Assembly (NCBI GenBank): GCA_963812135.1
Contig: CAWETU010000001.1
Location: 1,888,001 to 1,952,000, forward strand
Direction of reading: 5' to 3'
DNA length: 64,000 bases
DNA from: Vulcanimicrobiota bacterium
Lineage (GTDB): Bacteria > Vulcanimicrobiota > Vulcanimicrobiia > Eremiobacterales > Eremiobacteraceae
Positions 32,497-43,713 of the stretch are shown here, one piece after another. Position numbers and translations under genes: made by a program. The notes under the pieces are model-generated. The model searched no databases. It saw only the letters and a list, made by a program, of their open reading frames with translations, and had not been told where the DNA came from. Position 1 is the stretch's first letter. Every line of letters begins with the position of its first letter.

Positions 32497-33981
32497 ATGA
32501 CGGAATCCCGGCACTTCGTCGCGATCGGTTTGGGTTCGAATCTCGGCGACCGGCAGAGCAATCTCGCGCGCGCGCTCCATCTGCTGCGCGAAGTTATCCA
32601 CATCGAGCGCATCTCGCCTGTGTATGAGACCAAACCCGTCGGCTTCGCCGATCAGCCGGATTTCCTGAATTGCGCGTGCACTGGTCGAACGGCCCTTGGG
32701 CCGCGCGAGCTGCGGGCCGCGCTCGCCTCGATCGAGCGACGAGTCGGCCGCGCGACCTCCTTCCCGATGGGGCCGCGCGCAATCGATCTCGACATCCTGC
32801 TGTACGACGATCTTGTGATGCGCGACGAAGATCTGACCATTCCGCATCCGCGCATGCGCGAACGCGCCTTCGTGCTTGCGCCGCTGCGCGATATCGCACC
32901 TGACGCCGTCGAACCGGTATCGGGCAAGAGCATCCGCGACCTCGCCGCCGCTGCCGACGCGTCCGGGGTGCGCCGGCTCGACGGCGACCTCGTGGCGCGC
33001 ATCCGCCGCGATGTGCAAGAGATGCAGCCGCACGTGCCGTTGTCGCTCAATCGCGCCGGCGTGACCGGTGTGAAGACGACGATCGCGTTGAACCTGCCCG
33101 CCGGACGCCAAAGCGCGATCGCGACGCTCGACATCTTCGCCGATCTCGATGCGGCGCACAGCGGCGTCCACATGTCGCGCTTCTCGCAGGATCTGGAGGA
33201 CGCGCTCTCCGACATCGCCGGTCATTCGGAGGGCGGCGTCGAGTCGTTAGCGCTGGCAGTGGCTCAGCGCGTCGTGGCAAGTCAGCGAGCGGAGATCGCG
33301 CACGTCGATCTGCGCGCGGAGTTCGCGTTGCCGCGCCACACGCCCGCGAGCGGCATCGCCACCAACGAGTATTACACGGTGCTGGCAAAGGCGGTCGCGG
33401 GACCCGATTTCGCGCGCAGCCTCTTTGGTGTCGAAGCCCAAGGAATCACCGCGTGCCCGTGCGCGCAGACGATGGTCGCTGAGAGCTCTGCGGAGCGGCT
33501 CGCGGCTGACGGCTTCTCGCCCGACCAGATCGCGCGCATTCTCGCCTCGCTGCCGATCGCCACGCACAATCAGCGCGGCCGCGGCACGCTGCTGATCGGC
33601 GGCACCACGGCGCTGGATCTTCCTGCGATGGTCGCGATCGTCGAGCAGTCAATGTCTTCCGAGACGTACGACCTCCTCAAGCGCCCGGACGAGCTTTTCG
33701 TGGTCAACAAAGCCCACTCGGCGCCGCGCTTCGTCGAGGACGTCGTGCGCGAGATACTGCGCTATGCCAACGAGGCACTTGCCGCCGCTCCTGAAAGCGC
33801 ATTCGTGCTCGCCCGTCAGCTGAACTACGAGAGCATCCATAAGCACGACGCGGTTGCGGAGTCGTGCGCGCTGGTCGGGGAATTGCGTCGCGAGCTGGCC
33901 GGCGAAACGGGGGTGCGCCACACGTCCCTCGAAGAATGGCTGTACCCGCGTGGTGTAGACGCATCGAAATCGAGTAAGTAA
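32497..33981 (+). CDS. folK: Fusion of HPPK (FolK) and GTP cyclohydrolase of the FolE2/MptA family
   Basis: N-terminal GLGSNLGDR, QPDFLN, GPRAIDLDIL, IPHPRMRERAFVL; C-terminal GVHMSRF, GITACPCA, ATHNQRG, LKRPDE, PRFVED, ESIHKHD; one uninterrupted ORF. Confidence 0.9.
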   Translation: MTESRHFVAIGLGSNLGDRQSNLARALHLLREVIHIERISPVYETKPVGFADQPDFLNCACTGRTALGPRELRAALASIERRVGRATSFPMGPRAIDLDILLYDDLVMRDEDLTIPHPRMRERAFVLAPLRDIAPDAVEPVSGKSIRDLAAAADASGVRRLDGDLVARIRRDVQEMQPHVPLSLNRAGVTGVKTTIALNLPAGRQSAIATLDIFADLDAAHSGVHMSRFSQDLEDALSDIAGHSEGGVESLALAVAQRVVASQRAEIAHVDLRAEFALPRHTPASGIATNEYYTVLAKAVAGPDFARSLFGVEAQGITACPCAQTMVAESSAERLAADGFSPDQIARILASLPIATHNQRGRGTLLIGGTTALDLPAMVAIVEQSMSSETYDLLKRPDELFVVNKAHSAPRFVEDVVREILRYANEALAAAPESAFVLARQLNYESIHKHDAVAESCALVGELRRELAGETGVRHTSLEEWLYPRGVDASKSSK

Positions 33982-33982
33982 T

Positions 33983-35741
33983 ATGTGGGATTGGGAACGC
34001 GCTTCTGTTCCCTACCGGCCGATCTACCGGCGCCGGCTCCTGCGGCGTCGCTTCCTCACCGTGCTCCTTGCGGCCGCGATCGCCATCCCCTACTACCTCT
34101 ACCATCACCATCAGGCCACCCAGTCGATCGGCGAGCGGATCTTCGATGAGGTGACTTCGACGGTCTCCGTGCGGTATTTCGACGCGTCTTACCACGGCGT
34201 CGCGTGGCAAGCGGTGGCAGAACACTATCGGCCGCTGATCGCGAACGCGCCGACGACCCAAGCGCGTTATGCGGCGCTGCGCTCCATGCTCGCGCAATTG
34301 CACGACAGCCACACCGCGGTGTATTCTCCGACCGATCTCGAGCCGCTGCGCGACCGCGAACCCGCATGCCGTGTTCGGGATGGCACCCGATGCTACGGTC
34401 AGCGAGCCGGCAGTGGACTGGAAAATCGTGCGACCTGGCGTCGGCTATCTGCGTCTCTCGTCATTTCCTGATTCGGTGCACAGCGTACTCGGCTGGGCGA
34501 TGGCAAGCGTCGGACACGAGCCCGCGCTCATCCTCGACCTGCGCGGCAATCCTGGTGGCCTGGTGGATTCGGTGGATGAAGTCGCCGGCATATTCTTGCC
34601 GCCGGGGACGTTGATCTCGACCGGCACGCGCCGCTACAACCTGTTCGGGTCGCAACGCTTCACGGCGACCGATAATGCTGGGTTCTCGTATCCAGGACGA
34701 CTTGTCGTGCTGATCGATAAGAACAGCCGCAGCGGCGCCGAGTCGCTTGCGCGCGCGCTGCAATACTATCATCGCGCGACGTTGGTGGGCACGCGCTCCG
34801 CGGGCAAGGTGTTGGGCGTCGATGCCGAGATGACGCTCGCCGACGGCGGGCTATTGCGCGTCGCGACGCTGGACATGCACGCACCTGACGGTCAGCGCCT
34901 CGAAGGCGCGGGTGTTCACCCGAATGTTCTTGTGAGCGAGCCGGCACACCAGCTCAGCACAGCGATCGTTATCGCAAACCCTGGTCCCGCGGCTTCTCCA
35001 CCCTCCCCCACGTCGCCGTGCCCTCTTTCGGTCTCCGACTTCAGCGTCGCGTCGCTGGGGAAGCCACAAGGGTTTGTCGAGTACCGGGTGGGCGTTCGCA
35101 ATTCTGCGCCGGTGCCAATCGCAACGAAGTTAGACGTTTACAACGATGCGCTCGTCCAGGTCGGAACGGTTATCGTCTCGGAGGTTGACTCGGCGGCGGA
35201 TGCGATCCTATTTCGTTGGCGCGATAGGAGCCTGGTGCGCGTCGCTCTATCCCAAGTGGAAGCGAACGGCGGGAAGATCCTCTGCCAGCCCACTTCTTCA
35301 GTCGCTCTTGCTCCGCGCTTATCGCTTATTGCAGACGCGCATCGTAAACGCAGCTATACTGGTCCCCGCGGAGAGCCGATGCCGAAAGACATTCGCGACG
35401 CTGCAGATCAGTTTTGGCCGGAATTTGATGATTCGTCCGTAGTGGATACGTCACCGACCATCGGCTCGACGCTCCGTGATGCAAGGCTGTCGTTTGTCTC
35501 CCCCCTCGACTACCCGTACGAAGCCCACACCACCGGCGAGCAAGGTTCGGTACTCGTGGCTGTAATCGTGGGCTCGGGAGGCAACCTGGTCGGCACATCA
35601 GTCTTGAAGACGTCGGGGTTCCCCATCCTCGATGCTGCCGCGCTGGCCTCTGCACGGGGCAGCCGCTACACAGAGCCTGAAATCAACGGTAAGCCCGCCA
35701 ATCGGGCTTATCTTGTTGATTTCTATTTCGAGCTCGAGTAG
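33983..35741 (+). CDS. S41 (CtpA-like) peptidase with C-terminal TonB_C-like domain; frameshift ~34370
   Basis: N-terminal TM, YFD...L.DSHT, GYLRLSSF, LDLRGNPGG, SRSGAE, GTRSAGK, GVHPNV; then YP.EA..GEQGSVLV..SGFPILDAAAL. Confidence 0.75.
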
Positions 35742-35747
35742 CGAAGA

Positions 35748-36122
35748 TCAGGACTTTCCGGCTAGGTTCTCCATCAGTTTCTTGTAGACCGCATCATGCA
35801 GGTCTTTCTGCTCGACGATGATCGCGCTGGGCGCCGACTTGCGGCTCTTGTCGATCTCTTTGGCCGGAACATCGGTGAGGAACACCGGCAGGTTGCGCGA
35901 GTTGAATCCATCTTTGATATAGCGCGCCGCTTCGCGCCCGTGCGAGGGAATGGCGCCGAGCGAGATCACCACGACGTCCGGCTGCTCGCGCTTGAGCACG
36001 TCGAAGAACGACGGCCAGCGCGGCTCTGCCTCCACGAGTTCGGCCCCGAGGCCTTTGAGCGCATCATAATGTTCCTGACGATGCGGATCGCTATGGAACT
36101 GCAAGAGCAATATCTTGGCCAT
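35748..36122 (-). CDS. Stand-alone atypical receiver (CheY-like) domain protein
   Basis: Receiver-like pattern (KILLL, EQPDVVVISL, G.EAARYIK, LPVFL), but Ser sits at the usual phosphoacceptor position. Confidence 0.55.
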   Translation of the reverse strand: MAKILLLQFHSDPHRQEHYDALKGLGAELVEAEPRWPSFFDVLKREQPDVVVISLGAIPSHGREAARYIKDGFNSRNLPVFLTDVPAKEIDKSRKSAPSAIIVEQKDLHDAVYKKLMENLAGKS

Positions 36123-36238
36123 GCAGCGTAATTCTGCCATATAGTGTGCTGCGACCTGGCATGAATGAATGTGTGACCGATTGCCGAATGCCGCGGACTC
36201 GGCCTTACGAGGACCGCACCCGCTTCAAGGGAGATGTC

Positions 36239-36613
36239 ATGGCGATCACTGGAAAGACCAAAGTCAAGGGCATGGATGCCTCGTTTTACACCGTGAAAGA
36301 TCTCGCTCGCGCCACGAAATTCTACAACGCGCTGCTGAGCATGGAGCCCACGGTAGCGCAGGGCGACGTGGTGGTGGAGTACACATTCCCAAATGGCGAG
36401 ACGTTTGGGCTTTACAAACCGTCCGAGGGAGAATGGACACAGCACGGCGGCGTGCTGTTCGCGGTCGACGATCTCGCCGCCGCAGTAGCCGAACACAAGG
36501 CACGCGGTGTGAAGTTCGACGGCGATGGGCATATCGAGAACACACCGGTATGCTTCATGGCATTCGGCGAAGACAGCGAAGGCAACAACTTCATCCTGCA
36601 CCAGCACAAATAG
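36239..36613 (+). CDS. VOC (glyoxalase/bleomycin-resistance) family protein
   Basis: [43 protein letters not shown]. Confidence 0.85.
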   Translation: MAITGKTKVKGMDASFYTVKDLARATKFYNALLSMEPTVAQGDVVVEYTFPNGETFGLYKPSEGEWTQHGGVLFAVDDLAAAVAEHKARGVKFDGDGHIENTPVCFMAFGEDSEGNNFILHQHK

Positions 36614-36623
36614 GAGACAAGCC

Positions 36624-37020
36624 GTGCCCACAACCCCGACGACCCGCGTCAGCGGCGTGGATGCGATCTACTACCAAGCGAAGGATCTCGATCGCGCCAC
36701 CAAGTTCTACGTCGACTTGCTCGGCATGGAGCCGACGATGCCGATGCCGGGCTTCGGCGCGGAATGGACGTTGCCGAACGGCGAGTCGTTCGGCATCATG
36801 AAGCTGCCCGACGACGATGCAGAGCGAGTTCGGGCGCTATTGGCATGGCGGCTCGGGCGTGATGTTCGCGTGCGAAGATCTCGACCAGACCGTTGCCGCC
36901 GCCAAAGCGCGCGGCGTGAAGTTCCACAAGGACGGCGAGGTCTCGGACACGCCCATCTGCCGTATGGTCTTCGGCGAGGATAGCGAAGGCAACACCTTCG
37001 CCTTGCACAAGCGCAAGTAA
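36624..37020 (+). CDS. VOC family protein, tandem paralog; frameshift ~36820
   Basis: [15 protein letters not shown], then [22 protein letters not shown] in the next frame. Confidence 0.8.
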
Positions 37021-37061
37021 CGCAGCGGGGACGCCCGCCGCCCGCACGGAACTCCGGCTCC

Positions 37062-38608
<1,547 letters not shown>

Positions 38609-38612
<4 letters not shown>

Positions 38613-38824
38613 ATCTGCTGGAGATCACACCGGCGCCGACCGAGGAGGAAGCGGCGGCGATCGCGGCGGCGCTGACGGCGTTCGCAGCGCAGGCACGTGC
38701 GCGGAGCGTGCGTGCGCGACCGAACGCGAATGCGCGCTGGCGAACTTCGCGTCTTGAGAGCTCGCCGCTGCGCATGACCTGGGTTCAAACGGCGCGCGCT
38801 GAGGCGCTCGATGCCGGCCTTTAA
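38609..38824 (+). CDS. Acyl-CoA carboxylase epsilon-like small subunit
   Basis: 71 aa, [13 protein letters not shown]...ARW..S pattern; overlaps both carboxylase genes. Confidence 0.7.
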
Positions 38825-40583
38825 GAAGATCCTCGTCGCCAATCGCGGCGAGATCGCGCTGCGCGTCATCCGCGCGTGCCGCGAGCTCGGCATCGCGAGC
38901 GTCGCCGTCTATTCAGACGCCGATCGAGAGGCAGTGCACGTCGCGGCGGCCGACGAGGCATACCGGCTCGGTCCACCGCCCGCCACGCAATCGTATCTCA
39001 ACGTCGAGCGGCTCATGCAAGTCGCCGCGCAGGCCGGCTGCGACGCGGTGCATCCCGGCTACGGCTTTCTGGCGGAAAGCGCGCCGTTCGCGCGGGTCTG
39101 CGCCGAGCACGGCCTGGTGTTCATCGGGCCGTCGCCGGACAAAATCGAAGCGATGGGCGGCAAGATCGCCGCGCGCCGCGTGGCGACAGTCGCCGGCGTA
39201 CCGGTCGTGCCGGGCACGCTCGAGCCGGTCTCCGATGTGGCATCGATCCGCGCGTTCGCGGAGCGCTTCGGCTATCCGATCGCGATCAAAGCTTCCTCCG
39301 GCGGCGGCGGCAAGGGCCTCAAGGTGGCGCACACCTCCGCGGAGATCGAACACGCCGCGGAGCTCGCGGCGCGCGAGGCTGCCGCCTATTTCAAAGATGC
39401 GACGTTGTACGTCGAAAAATATCTGGCTCGTCCCAAGCACGTGGAGGTCCAGGTCCTAGGCGACAAGCACGGCAACATCGTGCACCTAGGCGAGCGCGAT
39501 TGTTCGATGCAGCGTCGCCATCAAAAGCTCGTTGAAGAGACGCCCGCCTCCATCGGCACAAACGTGCGCAACGGACTGCACGCGGCCGCCGTCAAGCTGG
39601 CGCGCGCGATCGGCTATGACAGCGCCGGCACGATCGAGTGCCTCGTCGAGGGCGACGATTTCTATTTCCTCGAGATGAACACGCGCATCCAAGTCGAGCA
39701 CACAGTGACCGAGATGACCTGGGGGGTCGATCTGGTCAAAGCGCAGATCCGCATCGCCGCCGGCGAACCGCTGTGGTTCGCGCAGCGCGATCTTGCGCCA
39801 CGCGGCCATTCGATCGAATGCCGCATCAACGCCGAGTCGCCGGCACACGACTTTCGACCGAGCGCGGGGCGCATCGTGCATTACAAAGAGCCCGGCGGTC
39901 CAGGCGTGCGGATCGATGCGGCGGCCGTCCCCGGTACAGTCATCCCGCAAGAATACGATTCGCTCATCGGCAAGCTGGTCACGTGGGGCGAATCTCGCGA
40001 AGAAGCGCGGACGCGCATGCTTCGCGCGCTGGGCGAATACACGATCGATGGCGTCGACACGACGATCCCGTTTCTCAAGCTGCTGCTCGCCGGCGAGGCA
40101 TTCGTCTGCGGCGACTATGCGACGCCGACGGTGGACGAGTTCTGTCGCACGCACGCTGCCGACATCGCGGCGCTCTACCCTAGCTCGCGTGTCGAGCCGA
40201 CGGCGGGCGGGCCAGAGGCCTCCACCTTGACCGTCGAGGTAAACGACAAGCGCTTCACCGTGCGCGTGCAAGGCGTCAATGGAAATTCGGCGTCGGCACC
40301 GAGGCGCGCACCGCGCTTCAAGCCGGCCAAGCGCGCTGGCGCGAATGCATCCGCAATCGTCGCGCCCATGCACGGCATCGTCGCGGAGATCCGCGTCAAG
40401 GCGGGCGACGCCGTCGAGGACGGTCAAGTGGTCGCCGTGATCGAGGCGATGAAGATGATGAACGAGGTGATCGCAGACCGCGCGGGCACGGTAGGCTCGA
40501 TCGGCGCGAGTGCCGGCGAGACCGTGGAGACCGGCGCGCCGCTCATCGCGTTCTTGGAGCCGGGCGGCGCGGGCTCAAAATAA
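38811..40583 (+). CDS. pccA: Acyl-CoA carboxylase alpha subunit (biotin carboxylase plus BCCP)
   Basis: KILVANRGEIA, HPGYGFLAES, ERDCSMQRRHQK, EAMKMMN. Confidence 0.85.
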   Translation: MPAFKKILVANRGEIALRVIRACRELGIASVAVYSDADREAVHVAAADEAYRLGPPPATQSYLNVERLMQVAAQAGCDAVHPGYGFLAESAPFARVCAEHGLVFIGPSPDKIEAMGGKIAARRVATVAGVPVVPGTLEPVSDVASIRAFAERFGYPIAIKASSGGGGKGLKVAHTSAEIEHAAELAAREAAAYFKDATLYVEKYLARPKHVEVQVLGDKHGNIVHLGERDCSMQRRHQKLVEETPASIGTNVRNGLHAAAVKLARAIGYDSAGTIECLVEGDDFYFLEMNTRIQVEHTVTEMTWGVDLVKAQIRIAAGEPLWFAQRDLAPRGHSIECRINAESPAHDFRPSAGRIVHYKEPGGPGVRIDAAAVPGTVIPQEYDSLIGKLVTWGESREEARTRMLRALGEYTIDGVDTTIPFLKLLLAGEAFVCGDYATPTVDEFCRTHAADIAALYPSSRVEPTAGGPEASTLTVEVNDKRFTVRVQGVNGNSASAPRRAPRFKPAKRAGANASAIVAPMHGIVAEIRVKAGDAVEDGQVVAVIEAMKMMNEVIADRAGTVGSIGASAGETVETGAPLIAFLEPGGAGSK

Positions 40584-40585
40584 AT

Positions 40586-40617
40586 ACGGAGCGGCCGGGA
40601 GGCCGCTCCGTTCTCTT
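40586..40617 (+). terminator. Hairpin terminator between convergent genes
   Basis: ACGGAGCGGCC-GGGA-GGCCGCTCCGT: perfect 11-bp stem right after the pccA stop, followed by TCTCTT. Confidence 0.75.
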
Positions 40618-40634
40618 GCTACGCGAGATCGGCG

Positions 40635-40955
40635 TTAGACCGTTGCGTGAACCGGCATCTTGTGGAAGGTCGAGCTCGCGACCTCGTAGGTCTTGACTTG
40701 CGGGCTGCCCTCGAGCACGTTTGACAGCGCCTTGAGCACTTCTGGATACGTCACGGCGTTGTACGTCTCAGCGCTTTCCTTACGATCCCACAGGCTGATC
40801 GAGACCATTTCGGTGCCGCTCGGGCCGGCGAAGATGATCTCGTCCTGGAAACCCTTTTCCTTACGCAGCATCGGAAGAATGTTCTTCTCGAATGCATCGT
40901 TGAAATCGGTCGTGCGGTTGGCCTTCAGATTGATCTTCACTATGCGTGCGAACAA
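40635..40955 (-). CDS. ABM-like (dimeric alpha/beta-barrel) small protein
   Basis: TTG start after AAGGAG; ILPMLRKEKGF..SISLWDRKESAE.Y..P.VKTYEV pattern. Confidence 0.7.
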   Translation of the reverse strand: MFARIVKINLKANRTTDFNDAFEKNILPMLRKEKGFQDEIIFAGPSGTEMVSISLWDRKESAETYNAVTYPEVLKALSNVLEGSPQVKTYEVASSTFHKMPVHATV

Positions 40956-41005
40956 TTGATACTCCTTAGGTAGATGGACAACAGTCGATATCATTCGTAT
41001 TCACC

Positions 41006-41099
41006 AAAAAAGAAACCGCCCACAGAGATGTACGCCGAATCGGCGGTACGGGGCAGCTTTTCGGAAATGCCTAGAGTCGCTGTACATGCAGTATACCAC
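41006..41099 (-). promoter_or_regulatory. Extended -10 promoter followed by a terminator-like leader upstream of the ABM-like gene
   Basis: Minus strand TGGTATACT (41098-41090); stem AAAGCUGCCC/GGGCGGUUU enclosing a GUAC-CGCCGA..UCGGCG-UAC hairpin, then CUUUUUU. Confidence 0.5.
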
Positions 41100-41210
41100 A
41101 CACGCGCGAGGCGTGCGGGCGGAAACCGCAGAACGGTCCGCCCAATGCGGCTTCCATCGCATCGATGATAGCGGCGCCCATGCGCAGCCGGTACACGCAA
41201 GGGAGCGATC

Positions 41211-41594
41211 ATGTCTCTGCCGTTCGTCTTTAGTCACGTCGACATGCGCGTGCGCGACCGCGTGAAAGCAATCGCGTTCTACGATGATCTCTTAGGCTTG
41301 CTCGGGCTTCACCGTGGTGAAACGAAGCCCGAACATGAATGGGTTTCCTACAGCCGGCGCGACGGCACCGAGCAATGGTTCGCATTCACGCAAGCCGAGC
41401 GCGTCAATCCGGGTGACGCCCGCATCGCGTTTGCGGTGTCGGCGCGTGAGGTCGTCGATCAGGCGGCCGAACTTGCGCGCCGCATCGGCGCGCGCAACGT
41501 CGAGGGACCCGAAGAGGCCTACGGACCCGATTATTACGCGGTGTTCTTCGAAGATCCGGACGGCAACAAGCTCGAGGTCTGCTGTATCGACTAG
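41211..41594 (+). CDS. VOC family protein
   Basis: FSHVDMRVRD...FYD, RIAF, YYAVFFEDPDGNKLEV. Confidence 0.85.
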   Translation: MSLPFVFSHVDMRVRDRVKAIAFYDDLLGLLGLHRGETKPEHEWVSYSRRDGTEQWFAFTQAERVNPGDARIAFAVSAREVVDQAAELARRIGARNVEGPEEAYGPDYYAVFFEDPDGNKLEVCCID

Positions 41595-41627
41595 GCCGTG
41601 CGAGGCCCGCCGACGAACGCCCCTGTG

Positions 41628-43214
41628 ATGCACGAACGCGAGACGGACAGCGGCATTCCGATCAAGCCGGTCTATTCGGCTGCGGATGTCGCCGATCTCG
41701 ATCTAACCCATCAGCCCGCGCCCGGCGAGTACCCGTACGTCCGCGGGATCCAGCGCGAGATGTATCGCGCGCGGTTGTGGACGATGCGGCAATACGCGGG
41801 TTTTGCGACCGCCAAAGAGTCGAACGAGCGCTATCGCTATCTGCTGGCGCACGGCCAGATGGGCCTTTCGGTCGCGTTCGACTTGCCGACGCAGATGGGG
41901 ATGGACTCAGACGCGCCGCTCGCCGCCGGCGAGGTCGGGCGGACGGGCGTCGCCATCGACACGATCGAGGACATGGAGGCGCTCTTCGACGCCATTCCGC
42001 AAGACCAAGTGAGCGTGTCGATGACCATCAATGCGCCCGCCGCGATCCTGCTCGCGTTGTATCTGGCGGTGGCGCGCAAGCGCGGCGTGCCGTTCGACAA
42101 GCTCTCGGGCACGTCGCAAAACGATATCCTCAAAGAGTACGCAGCGCGCGGCACCTACATCTATCCACCGGGTCCCTCGATGCGGCTGGTCACCGACCTC
42201 ATGTCGTACTGCGCGCAGCATGTACCCAAGTGGAACACGATCAGCGTGAGCGGCTATCATATTCGCGAGGCCGGATCGACGGCGGCGCAAGAGCTCGCGT
42301 TCACGCTCGCCAACGGCATCGCATACTTGCGCGCCGCGGCGGATGCTGGTCTGCCGGTCGACGACGTCGCCCCGCGCATGTCTTTTTTTTGGAACGCGCA
42401 CAACAATTTCTTCGAGGAGATCGCCAAGTTCCGCGCCGCGCGCCTGCTCTGGGCGCAGATCGTGCGCGAGCAGTTCCACGCGAAATCGCCTAAGTCGTGG
42501 CTCATGCGCTTCCACACCCAGACCGGCGGCTCGACGCTCACCGCGCAGGAGCCGGAGAACAACGTCGTGCGCGTCTCGCTGCAGGCCATGGCCGCGGTGC
42601 TCGGCGGCACGCAGTCGCTGCACACGAACGCGATGGACGAGGCGTTGGCGCTGCCGTCGCAGTCGGCCGCCAAACTCGCGTTGCGCACGCAACAGATCAT
42701 CGCGTTCGAGAGCGGCGTGGCCGAAACGGCCGACCCTCTCGCCGGTTCCTATTTCGTCGAACGTCTCACCGCCGATCTGGCAGAAAAGGCGCGCGCTTTG
42801 CTCGGTGACGTCGACAAGCGGGGCGGCGCTGTCGCAGCGATCGAGAGCGGCTGGATGCAAGAGCAGATCGCCGAGAGCGCCTATCGCGCACAGGGGCGTT
42901 TGGAGCGCGGTGAGTCCGTGGTCGTCGGCGTCAACAAGTTCGTCGAGTCCGGTGGCGGCGCTGTGGCGCCGCCGTTGCAGCGCATCGATGCCGCGATCGA
43001 GCGCGAGCAGAAAGAGCGTCTCGCGGCGTTTCGCGCGCGGCGCGATTCTTCGGCTGCCGCGGCGCGCATCGCGTCGCTCAAGCGAGCGGCGGCCTCGAAT
43101 GCGCCGTTGATGCCCGAATTCATCGAAGCGGTGGCTGCCGGTTGCACGCTGGGCGAAGTCGCCGATGCGCTCCGCGACGTGTTCTCAGTCTACCATCCAG
43201 CGGCGGTGGTCTAG
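41628..43214 (+). CDS. Methylmalonyl-CoA mutase, substrate-binding large subunit (split type)
   Basis: WTMRQYAGF (Tyr) and [10 protein letters not shown] (Arg) match MCM rather than isobutyryl-CoA mutase; SGYHIREAG; no DxHxxG B12-binding domain. Confidence 0.9.
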   Translation: MHERETDSGIPIKPVYSAADVADLDLTHQPAPGEYPYVRGIQREMYRARLWTMRQYAGFATAKESNERYRYLLAHGQMGLSVAFDLPTQMGMDSDAPLAAGEVGRTGVAIDTIEDMEALFDAIPQDQVSVSMTINAPAAILLALYLAVARKRGVPFDKLSGTSQNDILKEYAARGTYIYPPGPSMRLVTDLMSYCAQHVPKWNTISVSGYHIREAGSTAAQELAFTLANGIAYLRAAADAGLPVDDVAPRMSFFWNAHNNFFEEIAKFRAARLLWAQIVREQFHAKSPKSWLMRFHTQTGGSTLTAQEPENNVVRVSLQAMAAVLGGTQSLHTNAMDEALALPSQSAAKLALRTQQIIAFESGVAETADPLAGSYFVERLTADLAEKARALLGDVDKRGGAVAAIESGWMQEQIAESAYRAQGRLERGESVVVGVNKFVESGGGAVAPPLQRIDAAIEREQKERLAAFRARRDSSAAAARIASLKRAAASNAPLMPEFIEAVAAGCTLGEVADALRDVFSVYHPAAVV

Positions 43215-43651
43215 TGGCCGACCGGCCGATCGATCACGTGGCGTTGGTCGTCGCGGATTTGGCACGCAGCGCCGCATTGTACACAGCGCTCGGCTTTGAC
43301 GAACGTTATCGCGAGATCGTCGCGGATCAAGGCGTCGAGATCGTCGGCATGCGCGCGGGCGATTCGACTATCGAATTGCTGAGGCCGCTGTCTGCCGACT
43401 CGCCGCTGGTCGCCTTTTTGGGCGACAAAGAATCGCGATTGCATCACGTCGCGTATCGCGTGGCGGATATCGGTGCAGAGCTTGCGCGTCTTAGAGGGGC
43501 GGGAATGCGTTTGATCGACGAGCGGCCACGCCGCGGCGCACACGGCAACCTCATCGCGTTCATCCACCCGAACTCAGCGGGTGACGTACTGATCGAAGTA
43601 TGTCAGCCATCGGAGGGAGACCCTCGCAACTACAATTTGCAAGATATTTGA
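43214..43651 (+). CDS. mce: Methylmalonyl-CoA epimerase
   Basis: IDHVALVV, IELLRP, LHHVAYRV, PRRGAHG..IAFIHP..VLIEVCQ; coupled to the mutase gene. Confidence 0.9.
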   Translation: MADRPIDHVALVVADLARSAALYTALGFDERYREIVADQGVEIVGMRAGDSTIELLRPLSADSPLVAFLGDKESRLHHVAYRVADIGAELARLRGAGMRLIDERPRRGAHGNLIAFIHPNSAGDVLIEVCQPSEGDPRNYNLQDI

Positions 43652-43713
43652 TACGCCACTATAGTGCGGTTGACGGGTCTACGCTGGCACCAGCCGCCAC
43701 GGCAGCTGGTGCT

